Part shown: piece by piece, positions 8,131-17,339 of the stretch
How the letters are laid out: every line of letters starts with the position of its first letter
Position numbering within the stretch: the stretch's first letter is position 1
NCBI GenBank assembly: GCA_965200315.1
Contig: OZ241362.1
Span: forward strand, 895,291 to 959,290
Direction: 5' to 3'
Source: Candidatus Latescibacterota bacterium
Lineage (GTDB): Bacteria; Latescibacterota; UBA2968; UBA8231
Length of the DNA stretch: 64,000 nt
Notes under the pieces: generated by a model
Seen by the model: only the letters and a program-made list of their open reading frames with translations
What the model was told of the DNA's origin: nothing
Database searches by the model: none
Position numbers and translations under genes: made by a program

Positions 8131-9116
8131 CGGGTATGAGCCAACAGCATCTCCACCAACAGCAGGCCCAAGCCCGCGTAGAGAAAATAGGCAAAGCGCT
8201 CCGAATAATTCAGGTGGATTGCGGATTTGATCTCAGTCGCCTCTAACTCGCCGATCTCTCGGTAGATGGCCTCTAGCTTTTCCTCGCTGGTCGCCCGGTA
8301 GTACTGGCCGCCGGTGCGTGCGGCCACCTCCTGTAAGGTCTCCTCGTCGATCTCCACCTGTACGGTTTGATAGCGGGTGCCGAAAACTCCGCGCACGGGC
8401 CGGCGAATCTCCCCGTCGCTGCCCACGCCAATGGTATAGACCCGGATGCCCACGGCCGCGGCCACCTCAGCCGCGGTCAACGGTTCCACCTCGCCGGCGT
8501 TGTTGACGCCATCGGTCAGCAGGATAATCACCTTGCTCTCGGCGTCCGAGTCGCGCAGGCGGTTGCAGGCATTGATCAGCGCCATGCCAACGGCCGTGCC
8601 ATCCCATTCCTCGCTGGCGATCTCCACGCCTTGGAGAAACTCCAACAGCACTCGATAGTCGAGGGTCAGCGGGCACTGGGTGAAGCTCTCACCGGCAAAG
8701 ACGACCATGCCGATGCGGTCGCTGTGGCGGCCGGCGATAAAGTCGGCCACCACTTCCTTGGCCACCTGTAAGCGGCTCTTCTGGCCCTCGTCTAGGTCGT
8801 TTAACTCCATGCTCGACGAAATGTCCACGGTCAGCATAATGTCGATGCCCTCGCCCGATATTTCCCGCACCTCGCGCCCGGCTTGCGGGCGGGCCATAGC
8901 TGCGATGAGGCAACTCAAGCCAAGTAGCTTCAAAACCAAGAGACCGTGCCGGAGCTTGGTCCACAGCGACGCGGTGGCGCGGCGCAACACGCCGAGATCG
9001 GAAAACTGCACGCTGCTCCGGCGGCCCCGGTGCGCCCGCACATAGCTGTAGAGCAAGACTGGCAACAGCAGGAGTAGCAACAGCCACTCGGGATTTTCAA
9101 ACCGGATGTTCTGCAT
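8112..9116 (-). CDS. batA: BatA-like VWA membrane protein
   Basis: ORF 8112..9179. Likely start is MQNIRFENPEWLLLLLLLP at 9116. MIDAS DISSSM...TDGVNN. C-terminal TM. Confidence 0.75.
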   Translation of the reverse strand: MQNIRFENPEWLLLLLLLPVLLYSYVRAHRGRRSSVQFSDLGVLRRATASLWTKLRHGLLVLKLLGLSCLIAAMARPQAGREVREISGEGIDIMLTVDISSSMELNDLDEGQKSRLQVAKEVVADFIAGRHSDRIGMVVFAGESFTQCPLTLDYRVLLEFLQGVEIASEEWDGTAVGMALINACNRLRDSDAESKVIILLTDGVNNAGEVEPLTAAEVAAAVGIRVYTIGVGSDGEIRRPVRGVFGTRYQTVQVEIDEETLQEVAARTGGQYYRATSEEKLEAIYREIGELEATEIKSAIHLNYSERFAYFLYAGLGLLLVEMLLAHTRFRSLP

Positions 9117-10029
9117 GAGCCTCAGCAGCGCGGGTTGCGACCGTCTCCTCAATAGCGCACAGTATGGCCAAGCCGGCATCCGGTGCGCGCCGGGCCGCGT
9201 CTAGCGCCGGATGGAAGCGAGCGAACTTCACCAAGTCAGCCGCGGCCAAATAGTCGATAATCTGCTGCCTAAGCGAGTCATCTACTTCAGCCCTCTGCAA
9301 GGCGTTCGCCAACTCAGACGTGGTCTGCTCCATCGCTTCAACGGCCAAGCTTTCCTCCAAGAAGCGACGCAGGTTTTCCGCCAGCAGCGAATAGTATGTT
9401 TTGAACTCGCCGCGCTCCAACAGGCCACACGCGGCAATGCGTGCGAATTCAGCCGCGTAGTCTAGCGGCTCGGGCGGAGGCGGAGGCTCCAAGGTGCGGG
9501 TGCGGCGACGCCACAGCCAGACGCCGCCGAGCGCGCAAAGCACCAACGCCAGCAATCCGATTGCGACGACCACCCACAACGGCACTCCCCCGTGGACGGG
9601 CACGGGCGGCTTGATGTCGCGCAGTTGGTCCTCCCCTTCGCTCCGGGCACTGATGACTTCTATGGCTAGGGGTTGGGTGGCGCGCAGGAGCGTGTCGCCC
9701 GCAACGTTGACAAAGGGCACGGCCACGGCCGGCACTTCGTGTAGCCCCAGCTCGTAGAGGCGCAACTCGCATTCTTGCGCGAGCTCGAAGCCGGCTGCGA
9801 CCTCGCGTTGGTGCCAGCCGGCGCAGCGAGGGGCAAAATCCCGCAAGAGCTGGAGCAGGTCCGGGGCCTTGGGACGCACGGTGGCGTCGTGGTGTAGCGT
9901 CAACGTCAGGCGGATGGGATCGCCGACCCGAGCAGCCGCGGTGTCCAAGACCGCCTCGGCCCGAGGGGCTTGGGCGTGTAGCCCCTCGGCGAGGACCACT
10001 AGCGCGGCGAGCAGACCGCCGAGATACAT
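9097..10029 (-). CDS. DUF4381-like membrane protein with extra N-terminal beta-rich domain
   Basis: Signal peptide, BatD-like N-terminal half, single TM (LWVVVAIGLLALVLCALGGVWLW), helical tail. Position between the transporter and batA. Confidence 0.5.
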   Translation of the reverse strand: MYLGGLLAALVVLAEGLHAQAPRAEAVLDTAAARVGDPIRLTLTLHHDATVRPKAPDLLQLLRDFAPRCAGWHQREVAAGFELAQECELRLYELGLHEVPAVAVPFVNVAGDTLLRATQPLAIEVISARSEGEDQLRDIKPPVPVHGGVPLWVVVAIGLLALVLCALGGVWLWRRRTRTLEPPPPPEPLDYAAEFARIAACGLLERGEFKTYYSLLAENLRRFLEESLAVEAMEQTTSELANALQRAEVDDSLRQQIIDYLAAADLVKFARFHPALDAARRAPDAGLAILCAIEETVATRAAEAHAEHPV

Positions 10030-11444
10030 TACGGACTGTCAGCGCCGCCGTCGTCGGGGTCTTCGCTGCTGGCGGCGGGTACGGCCGGCTTTTTGGGAGC
10101 TTGCGCCACGTCGTCTATGTCCAAGTCCAACTCGGCGAAGTCGTCGCTACTCACCACGTACACCGCGTCGTCGTCGTCCTGTTGCAGGTACGAGGTTCCG
10201 GCAGTTCCGCTGAAACGCGCAGCCAGCAAGGTTTGCCCTGCGCCGAGGAGTTCAATACTGAAAACAGAAGTGGCCTCGGCGGGCAGTTCCTCGGCAAAAT
10301 TCTCGACTTCGAGCTGCTCTAAGTCGTTCAGGAGACTGTTGATCTTCCACGATTTGGCATCGCGCCCCATAGGCTCGGATAAATGCCACACACCGCTCGT
10401 ATCCTTGTCAGCCGCAAACGCGGTCGCAGCCCCGCGCGTCAGGACGATGCGCTCAACCTGCTCGCGCTCAAAGCGCAAGGGCTTTTTGTCGCGCAGCTCG
10501 GCGATGCCCTTGGTCAGCTCTTGCACCAGCGTCGAATCAACCAAGAAGACTTGCGGCCGGCTGGCGTCGCGCGCGTACCAACGGCCCTGTTCATCCTCAC
10601 CGCCAATGGCCAAGCGCTTCTCGGCCCGGTCTTCGCCGACGAGCAGGGCGATCTCCACCTGCGCCGCGCGTTCCCCCAAGCCATAAGAGGCCAAGTCGTC
10701 GGCATCGGGCTCTTCGGACGCAAAAGCCGCGATCTCGGCTTGGTTGATTTTGTCGATCAGGCCGTCCACCGCGTCGGCGTTGGCCCGAGCGACTACCGGC
10801 TCGCGCATTTGCCAGCCGGGCTCGGCCTGCGCCAGCACGGTCTCGCCGCCTGTGCCCCACCGCTGCACCTGCATCACCTCGTCTTTGGCAAAGGCCAGCA
10901 CCCGGCGGTCGCGCAGGTCAAAAGCGCGCTTGTCGAGGTTGTCGAAGCGCCAAGCGCGCACCGCGAAGATCGCGGGATTGTCGCCTTGCAGTTGGGCGTA
11001 GGTGAAGCGATCGGTGGGGCTGTCCGAGCCGAAAGCCACTACCTGCTCGGCACCGTCTGCGGTTTGCAGCCGCACCTTGAGCCGCGGCGCGTCGAACCCG
11101 TATTGCACGGCTTCCTCGGTGCTTGCAGCCGCGCTATCGACGATCACCTTTTCCCGCTCGCACTCGCGCAAATTGCGCAAGTAGCGCTCTACGGCCTCTT
11201 GGTCTGCGCCGTCGGTCACCGGCGCGCTCAGGTTCCAGCCGCTCGCCCCCTTGTCCAACACCAAGGCATCGTCGCCGCGCAACAGCTCGAGCCGCTGGGC
11301 ATCATCGTCCTCAAAGGCGAATAGCTGCTTGGATTGTTCCGCTTCTTGGCGGCGCTCCTCGCCGCCTTTGATCTCGTAGAAATAGACAAAGGCCAACAGC
11401 ACCACAAAGACGGCGCCGATCACTGCATTGGTCTTGAATTTCAT
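10029..11444 (-). CDS. DUF4340 domain protein (GldG-associated)
   Basis: N-terminal anchor MKFKTNAVIGAVFVVLLAFVYFYEI and repeated beta-rich modules. ATGA overlap with the upstream GldG-like gene. Confidence 0.6.
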   Translation of the reverse strand: MKFKTNAVIGAVFVVLLAFVYFYEIKGGEERRQEAEQSKQLFAFEDDDAQRLELLRGDDALVLDKGASGWNLSAPVTDGADQEAVERYLRNLRECEREKVIVDSAAASTEEAVQYGFDAPRLKVRLQTADGAEQVVAFGSDSPTDRFTYAQLQGDNPAIFAVRAWRFDNLDKRAFDLRDRRVLAFAKDEVMQVQRWGTGGETVLAQAEPGWQMREPVVARANADAVDGLIDKINQAEIAAFASEEPDADDLASYGLGERAAQVEIALLVGEDRAEKRLAIGGEDEQGRWYARDASRPQVFLVDSTLVQELTKGIAELRDKKPLRFEREQVERIVLTRGAATAFAADKDTSGVWHLSEPMGRDAKSWKINSLLNDLEQLEVENFAEELPAEATSVFSIELLGAGQTLLAARFSGTAGTSYLQQDDDDAVYVVSSDDFAELDLDIDDVAQAPKKPAVPAASSEDPDDGGADSP

Positions 11445-14400
11445 GCTAGCTCCTCTTGTACAAAGACCTTTTTAATCCACACGAGAATGGCCGCGTTGAC
11501 CACGAAGACTGCGGCGTAGAGCAGTTGGACCGTCTCGTTGGGAATCAGCGAGAAACCAAGGCTGGCACCGGTGAAAATCGTCAGCGCGACCACGCCGGCG
11601 CACAACCCTGAAAACGCCAAGCCGGCTTGCCAAGCCCACGCCGCGTGCCGATAGAGGCCGTAGCCAATGGCTGCCGAGGCCAAGGCCGCGATCAGTTTGA
11701 CCTCGCCCTCAAAGATCGCCCCCTCGCTGGTGGCAATGATGCCGCTGATGAAAAAGAACATCGCATTGCCCCAGAAGGTGTACACCAGCCACGACACAAA
11801 ACCTTCGGCATAGGTCTGATAGCCGCGCCTAAGCACCATGACCATGCCCGACAAAGCAACCGCAAACGGCACGATGAACACCGAGACCCAGAGAATAACC
11901 GCACCTTGATTGCCGATCAGGTTGATGGGGTTAAAGGCCGGTTGCTTGTCGGCGATGGTCAGGCGGTCTTCATCCTCGGTGAGCCAACTGACGCTGCCGA
12001 TGAATAGCTCGCCATTGGCCTGCTGAGCAAAGTACTGGTTGGAGGCAAAATCCGCGTCGCCAATGACCACCAGTCGCGTCCGTCCCTCGCCCTCGGGTGC
12101 CAAGCTGGTGTCGGCTGCCGCAGAGACGGCCACGCCCAGCGGCACCGGGCCGCTCAGATCGACTTCCGGGTCGAAATCCACCTCGCCGCCCTCGCCCATT
12201 ATGGGCGCTAGGTCCGCTTCGCCCCAACTGCTTTTGTGGGTATAGGCCAGCGCGGCGATGTCCGGCTCCTTGAGCCGGTGTTCAGTCATCTGCACCGAGC
12301 GCGCCAGCGGGAAAAAGCTCATCGTGCCGGCCGATAGCTTTGCGGTGATCGGGTGCTCTCCGTAGTTGATAACCACCGGCACGGAGGCATCCGCGCCAAA
12401 GAGCTGGCCCAAGCCGCTCAGATCGACGACAAAGTCCTGCCCCAGCTCGATCGAGTACTCGTTCAAGAGCGCTTCGAGCCCGGTCGGCTGGCCTGGATCG
12501 AGCAAAAACAGCGCACTGCCCCCGCCGGCCAAGTATTGCCGCAGCACTTCGGCCTCGGCCGCGGCAAAGCGCTCCTGAGGTGCCAAAACCACCATTAGTG
12601 TAGCGTCGTCGGGCACCGGATCGGCGAGCGTCAGCTCTCCCTCGACCGCGAAGTTGAGCTCCTTGAGACGGCCTTTGAGCGTGGAATAGCCCTGCTCATC
12701 GACTTGGTCGAGCTCGGCCTCGCCGTGGCCGCTGGTGAAATAGGCCCTTAGCTCGCGGCCTTTGAGCGCCTTGAGAATGGCATTGCTCAACGCCTCTTCG
12801 CTCTGGGCGGTAATGCGCTCGGTGCGCACCTGCCCTTGGTCGATCACCTCGACGATTGAAGTCCCCCGCTCGCGGATATTGTTCTGCTCGACGCGCAGCC
12901 GATTCTTCTGAGGATCGAGCAGCTCGTAGTCGAAGTTAGACGACACATAGCTGTATTCCTTTAAGAGATCCTCAAAGCGCACGTTTTCCATCTCGCCCAT
13001 GAAAGTCTTGACGTTGACGTACTGGCCGTGCTCTGCGAGGGGCGCGAGGAGCCGGTGGGTGTCGCCCGAGAGCGTAAACAGCGCGTCGGCCGTCATGTCC
13101 TGGCGGAGGTGGTAGCGGTCGCCGAGGAAGTTGACCAGCGCGGCAATGCCGAGCGAAATCACAATGCCCAACCCGGCCGCGCTCAAGTCGGCCAAGCTCC
13201 AGCGCCCCTTGCGCGAGACGACCACAATGCCGACCAAGGCGATTAGCCCCGGGTAGAGCACCACGCTGAGCCAGAAGATCCATTCGCCGTCGCTTTCGGT
13301 CAGGGCGATGGGGTTGTGGCCCGGTTCGCGGGGGCGGATCGAGATTAGGGCCTCGTCCTCGGCCAGCCAGCTCAAGGCGTTGAGCACCAAGTCGCCGTTG
13401 CCCTGGACGCCGAAGTACTGGTTGGTGGCAAAGTCCGAATCCCCAAAGACCACCAAGCGGCCCCCCGCCTCGGCGTCTCGGGCTGCGACAGCCAAAGACA
13501 CCGGCCCGGGCTGATCGACGCCCTCGTCGAGCTTGACCGTCTGATTGCCCTCGCTGGTGAGCACGCTCAAGTCGGTTTCGGCCCAACCGGCCTCCGACGT
13601 CTGGACTAGGATGGCTCCCTCGCGGCCGCTTTGCTCGTCAAAATGCACTGAGCGTCCAAGTTGGAAGAAGGTCATCAGGCCCTGGTGCTTGCGCGTTACT
13701 GGATGGTCGCCGTAGGAGAGGGCGACCGGCGTGGTAAAATCGAGGCCAAAGAGCGAGCCAATGCCGCTGGTGTCGATGACGAAGTCGTCGCCTATCGCCA
13801 CGCCCCACTCGCCCAACAACTCTTCCAAGCCGCTGTCGGCGAGCGGGTCCAAGAGCAACAGCAGGGCACCGCCTGCTGCTAGGTAAGAGCGTATGGCCTC
13901 GACCTCCACCGGGAAGAAGGGCGTGCGCGGGCCAGCGATGACCAGCACGGCGCAATTTTCGGGCACCGCCCCCTCGCGGGCGAGGAAGAGCGAATCCTCA
14001 ACCGCGTAGTCAATTTCCCCCAATTGGGCCTGTAGCTGCTCCAGCCCATCGGGTTGGTTTGCGAGTTGGCGCTCGCCGTGCCCCACGGTCAAGTAGATCC
14101 GGTCTTGGCGCTCGCGCGTGAGCTTGAGCAGCGAGTTGACGATCTCGCGCTCTTGGAGCTCGGTGATTTGCTGTTGCTTGTCGCCGCTTTCCAACACCAG
14201 CGTGTCGTAGCGGCGGATGCCGTAGGCTTCAGTGCGGAGCGGATCGCGGTCTGGGTCGATGAATTCGTAGCTAAAGCGAGTATTGTACGTCTCGAACTCG
14301 GCCAGCAGCAGCTCGAGTTCGGCGTTTTCACCTCCCTCCATAAAGGCGAGGGCGTGAACGTCCCGGTCCAGCGCCTTGATCGTCTCCACCGTCAAGTCGG

Positions 14401-14698
14401 CGAGGCTGTGCAGCCGGCCCTCGGTCAGGTCGAAGCGCTCGGGATAGCGGTTGCTCAAAAAATTGACCATGGCCACAATGCCAAAAACCATGATGCCGCC
14501 CCAAAAGGCGTTGAGCCAGCGGCCATACTGGCGGAAGAGCGCCGGGTTGAGCAGGCCGGCCGCGGCCACCATCAGAGCACCGAATGCTAGGTTGAAAAGC
14601 CCAACCGAGCCGCTCTCGGCATTGAGCAGATAGGCCAAGCCACCCGCGACCATCAGTGCCGCGCCGACTAGCCCCAAGGGCGTGGTATATGCCTTCAT
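11441..14698 (-). CDS. tandem (double) GldG-like ABC-transporter auxiliary protein with extra C-terminal TM bundle
   Basis: ORF 11441..14713. ATG at 14698 has GGAGG 8 nt upstream. Two successive modules each start ...NFL(S/G)(N/D)RY... and end in a TM. Four additional C-terminal TM segments follow. Confidence 0.7.
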   Translation of the reverse strand: MKAYTTPLGLVGAALMVAGGLAYLLNAESGSVGLFNLAFGALMVAAAGLLNPALFRQYGRWLNAFWGGIMVFGIVAMVNFLSNRYPERFDLTEGRLHSLADLTVETIKALDRDVHALAFMEGGENAELELLLAEFETYNTRFSYEFIDPDRDPLRTEAYGIRRYDTLVLESGDKQQQITELQEREIVNSLLKLTRERQDRIYLTVGHGERQLANQPDGLEQLQAQLGEIDYAVEDSLFLAREGAVPENCAVLVIAGPRTPFFPVEVEAIRSYLAAGGALLLLLDPLADSGLEELLGEWGVAIGDDFVIDTSGIGSLFGLDFTTPVALSYGDHPVTRKHQGLMTFFQLGRSVHFDEQSGREGAILVQTSEAGWAETDLSVLTSEGNQTVKLDEGVDQPGPVSLAVAARDAEAGGRLVVFGDSDFATNQYFGVQGNGDLVLNALSWLAEDEALISIRPREPGHNPIALTESDGEWIFWLSVVLYPGLIALVGIVVVSRKGRWSLADLSAAGLGIVISLGIAALVNFLGDRYHLRQDMTADALFTLSGDTHRLLAPLAEHGQYVNVKTFMGEMENVRFEDLLKEYSYVSSNFDYELLDPQKNRLRVEQNNIRERGTSIVEVIDQGQVRTERITAQSEEALSNAILKALKGRELRAYFTSGHGEAELDQVDEQGYSTLKGRLKELNFAVEGELTLADPVPDDATLMVVLAPQERFAAAEAEVLRQYLAGGGSALFLLDPGQPTGLEALLNEYSIELGQDFVVDLSGLGQLFGADASVPVVINYGEHPITAKLSAGTMSFFPLARSVQMTEHRLKEPDIAALAYTHKSSWGEADLAPIMGEGGEVDFDPEVDLSGPVPLGVAVSAAADTSLAPEGEGRTRLVVIGDADFASNQYFAQQANGELFIGSVSWLTEDEDRLTIADKQPAFNPINLIGNQGAVILWVSVFIVPFAVALSGMVMVLRRGYQTYAEGFVSWLVYTFWGNAMFFFISGIIATSEGAIFEGEVKLIAALASAAIGYGLYRHAAWAWQAGLAFSGLCAGVVALTIFTGASLGFSLIPNETVQLLYAAVFVVNAAILVWIKKVFVQEELA

Positions 14699-14700
14699 GC

Positions 14701-15483
14701 TCAGCGCCTCCATCTCCGCGATTCAATGACGCGCGAGGTCAAAAACAAGCAGAAAAAGGTAAAACTCAGGTAGAACACCACGTCCTTGGTGTCGATGACG
14801 CCGCGCTGGAAATCTTCGAGGTGTGCTATAAAGGAGAGGTACTGCAGGATTTTGGCGGCTGTCGGGCCGGCAAAGCTAGCCGACCAGTCGATGAGCCAAA
14901 ACAGGAGCAACATGCCAAAGGTCAGCAGCACGGCGACGATCTGATTTTCCGTCAGCGCCGAAGCTAGGATGCCCACCGAGATAAAGGTCGCGCCGAGGAA
15001 CAAATAGCCTAAATAGCCGGAAAAAATCGGGCCCCAGTCGGGCGAGCCGTACGCTTCGAGGATGACAAAGTAAATAAGCGTCAGGCTGACGATGATGCCG
15101 TAGAGCGAAAAGCAGGCAAAGAACTTGCCCAACATCACCTCGATGGTGCGCAGCGGCGAGGTCATCAGCAATTCAATGGTGCCCGACTTTTTCTCCTCGG
15201 CAAACAGCCGCATGGTCAGCATTGGGATAACCAACAGCCATATAAAGTCCATGACTGCGAAGAATTGGGTGATGACCATCTCGTTGAGATTGAGCGCCGG
15301 CATCCCCCCCATACCCATCTGCGCCCGCTGGCCAAACTGCAAGCACCAGAGGTTGAACTGCATCAGGATATTGCGGAACAGATAGCCCGAGAGAAACAGA
15401 AAAACGCCGGCGATCACATAGGCGACCGGCGAAACAAAATAGGAGCGCATCTCCTTGGTGTACACGGCGGCAAAATTACGCAT
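14701..15483 (-). CDS. ABC-2 type transporter permease (GldF-like)
   Basis: 260 aa with six hydrophobic segments. MRNFAAVYTKEMRSYFVSPVAYV is a typical N-terminus for this family. Confidence 0.8.
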   Translation of the reverse strand: MRNFAAVYTKEMRSYFVSPVAYVIAGVFLFLSGYLFRNILMQFNLWCLQFGQRAQMGMGGMPALNLNEMVITQFFAVMDFIWLLVIPMLTMRLFAEEKKSGTIELLMTSPLRTIEVMLGKFFACFSLYGIIVSLTLIYFVILEAYGSPDWGPIFSGYLGYLFLGATFISVGILASALTENQIVAVLLTFGMLLLFWLIDWSASFAGPTAAKILQYLSFIAHLEDFQRGVIDTKDVVFYLSFTFFCLFLTSRVIESRRWRR

Positions 15484-15484
15484 T

Positions 15485-16417
15485 TTAAGCTGCTACCTCC
15501 TCGCTAGTCAGGCTCAGGAAAATGTCTTCAAGGGTCATATCGAGCGGCCGCAATTCGCGCAGGCTGAAGCCGCTCTCCACCACTTTGCGGGTCAGGTCGT
15601 CGCGCACGTCGGCTCCGGGGGCGCTCGTCACCACGTACGCGCCCTCCTCACCACTAATTTCCACCTCCAGTACGCCCTCTAGCTGGCCGATCATGCCCAA
15701 CACCTGCTCGCTGGGGCCGTCTATGTGAGCGCGCAGCACCTCGCCCTCCTTGAGCTGGGCCATGAGGCTTTCGGGTGTGCCTTGGCCGGCGATGCGGCCG
15801 TTGTTGATGATCGCCACTTGCCCGCAGGTCATGCTCACCTCCGACAGGATGTGAGTGCTGAGAATGACCGTGTGGTCGCCCCCCAGCCCCTTGATGACCT
15901 CGCGGATCTCGATAATCTGCTTGGGGTCGAGGCCGACCGTCGGCTCGTCGAGGATGAGCACCTCTGGCTCGTGGACGAGAGCTTGGGCCAAGCCGACGCG
16001 CTGCCGGTAGCCCTTGGACAGGTGGCCGATCACCGTGTGCCGCTGGTGAGCGATGCCGGTTTTTTCCATGGTGTCGTCAATCCGGCTGTTGAGAGCCGCA
16101 CTGGGCACGCCCTTGATTTTGGCCACGAAACGCAAATAGGCGTTTACCGTCATATCGTGGTAGAGCGGCGGCTGTTCGGGCAGATAGCCGATGCGCTTGC
16201 GCACCTCCATAGATTCTTCGATGATGTCGAAGCCAGCGACTTTGGCTTCGCCCTGCGAAGGCGGCAGATAACAGGTAAGTATGCGCATCGTCGTGGTCTT
16301 GCCTGCGCCATTCGGGCCGAGGAATCCGAGAATGGCACCCTTGTCAACATTAAAGGACACATTCTCCACGGCGACGACATCTCCGTAGTGTTTGGACAGT
16401 TCGAGTACTTCAATCAC
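15485..16417 (-). CDS. ABC transporter ATP-binding protein (GldA-like)
   Basis: GTG at 16417 with AAGGAGGGAG 5 nt upstream. Walker A GPNGAGKTT, signature LSKGYRQR, Walker B LILDEP. The longer ORF to 16657 overlaps the DUF58 gene. Confidence 0.9.
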   Translation of the reverse strand: MIEVLELSKHYGDVVAVENVSFNVDKGAILGFLGPNGAGKTTTMRILTCYLPPSQGEAKVAGFDIIEESMEVRKRIGYLPEQPPLYHDMTVNAYLRFVAKIKGVPSAALNSRIDDTMEKTGIAHQRHTVIGHLSKGYRQRVGLAQALVHEPEVLILDEPTVGLDPKQIIEIREVIKGLGGDHTVILSTHILSEVSMTCGQVAIINNGRIAGQGTPESLMAQLKEGEVLRAHIDGPSEQVLGMIGQLEGVLEVEISGEEGAYVVTSAPGADVRDDLTRKVVESGFSLRELRPLDMTLEDIFLSLTSEEVAA

Positions 16418-16430
16418 CGTAACTCCCTCC

Positions 16431-17339
16431 TTAGTGTCGCTGCATCCGCGCACGAAAAAAGTGAATGAGAGGTTCGACATAAGGGCGCGACAGATCAATG
16501 GCGATTTCGTCGACGCCCGCCTTGTGCAATAGACTGCTGCGGCGCTCGGCCGCGGCCCGCTGTTCGGCGGCGAAAAACGCGCGCACGCCCTCGTGGCCGC
16601 TATCGACGAGCACCTGTTGGCCGGTCTCGGCGTCTTGCAAGTTGATAAAACCAACATCGGGTAGGTCCCACTCGCGCGGGTCGCTCATTACCACGGCGAT
16701 CAAGTCGTGGCGCTGGCTCAAGTGCCGCAGCGCAGGCTCGTAGCCTTGGTCGAGAAAGTCGGAAATGACAAAGACCACGCTGCGGCGGTGCAAGACGCGG
16801 CTGAGGTATTCCAAGGCCCCAGAGATGGAGGTCTTGCGCCCCTGCGGCTGAAAGTATAGCAGTTCGCGCAGGACGCGCAGCACGTGCTTGCGCCCCTTCT
16901 TCGGCGGCACGAAGACCTCGACCTCGTCGGTGAAGATGAGCAAGCCCACGCGGTCGTTGTTCTTGATCGCGCTAAAGGCCAACAACGCCGAAACCTCGAC
17001 CCCAATTTCCCCCTTCATCTGTAGCTGTGAACCAAAGGCCCCGGACGCACTGGCATCTACTACCAGTACGGCGGTCAGCTCGCGCTCCTCGTCAAATATC
17101 TTGATGAAGGGCACTCCCACCCGCGCCGTTACGTTCCAGTCGATGTGGCGCACATCGTCGCCGGGCTGGTATTCGCGTGCCTCGGCAAACTCCATCCCCC
17201 GCCCTTTAAACGCCGAGTGGTATTCGCCCGCGAAGAGGTTGTTCACCATGCTGCGGGTGTGGATCTCGATCAGGCGAACTTTGTCGAGTATCTCTTTGGG
17301 AATCACGGCTCGGCTCGCCTTGGCTTCAGGGAACTTCAA
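16431..17339 (-). CDS. DUF58 domain protein (MoxR partner)
   Basis: GEYHSAFKGRGMEFAEAREYQPGDDVRHIDW motif. The start is uncertain: TTG at 17339 or GTG at 17306. Confidence 0.8.
   Translation of the reverse strand: MKFPEAKASRAVIPKEILDKVRLIEIHTRSMVNNLFAGEYHSAFKGRGMEFAEAREYQPGDDVRHIDWNVTARVGVPFIKIFDEERELTAVLVVDASASGAFGSQLQMKGEIGVEVSALLAFSAIKNNDRVGLLIFTDEVEVFVPPKKGRKHVLRVLRELLYFQPQGRKTSISGALEYLSRVLHRRSVVFVISDFLDQGYEPALRHLSQRHDLIAVVMSDPREWDLPDVGFINLQDAETGQQVLVDSGHEGVRAFFAAEQRAAAERRSSLLHKAGVDEIAIDLSRPYVEPLIHFFRARMQRH

Noticed and set aside
10383-11324. 313-aa plus-strand ORF, and similar long antisense ORFs across the GldG, BatD and rpsK/rpsM regions (e.g. 27636..28505, 14054..14590, 62516..63262)
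   Set aside because: These are shadow ORFs opposite well-supported genes. Their composition is Arg/Ala/Gly/Pro-rich, typical of GC-rich antisense frames.
16418-16657. 80-codon N-terminal extension of the ABC ATPase ORF
   Set aside because: It overlaps the 3' end of the DUF58 gene and has no ABC homology. A GTG with a strong AAGGAGGGAG SD at 16417 gives a canonical N-terminus.
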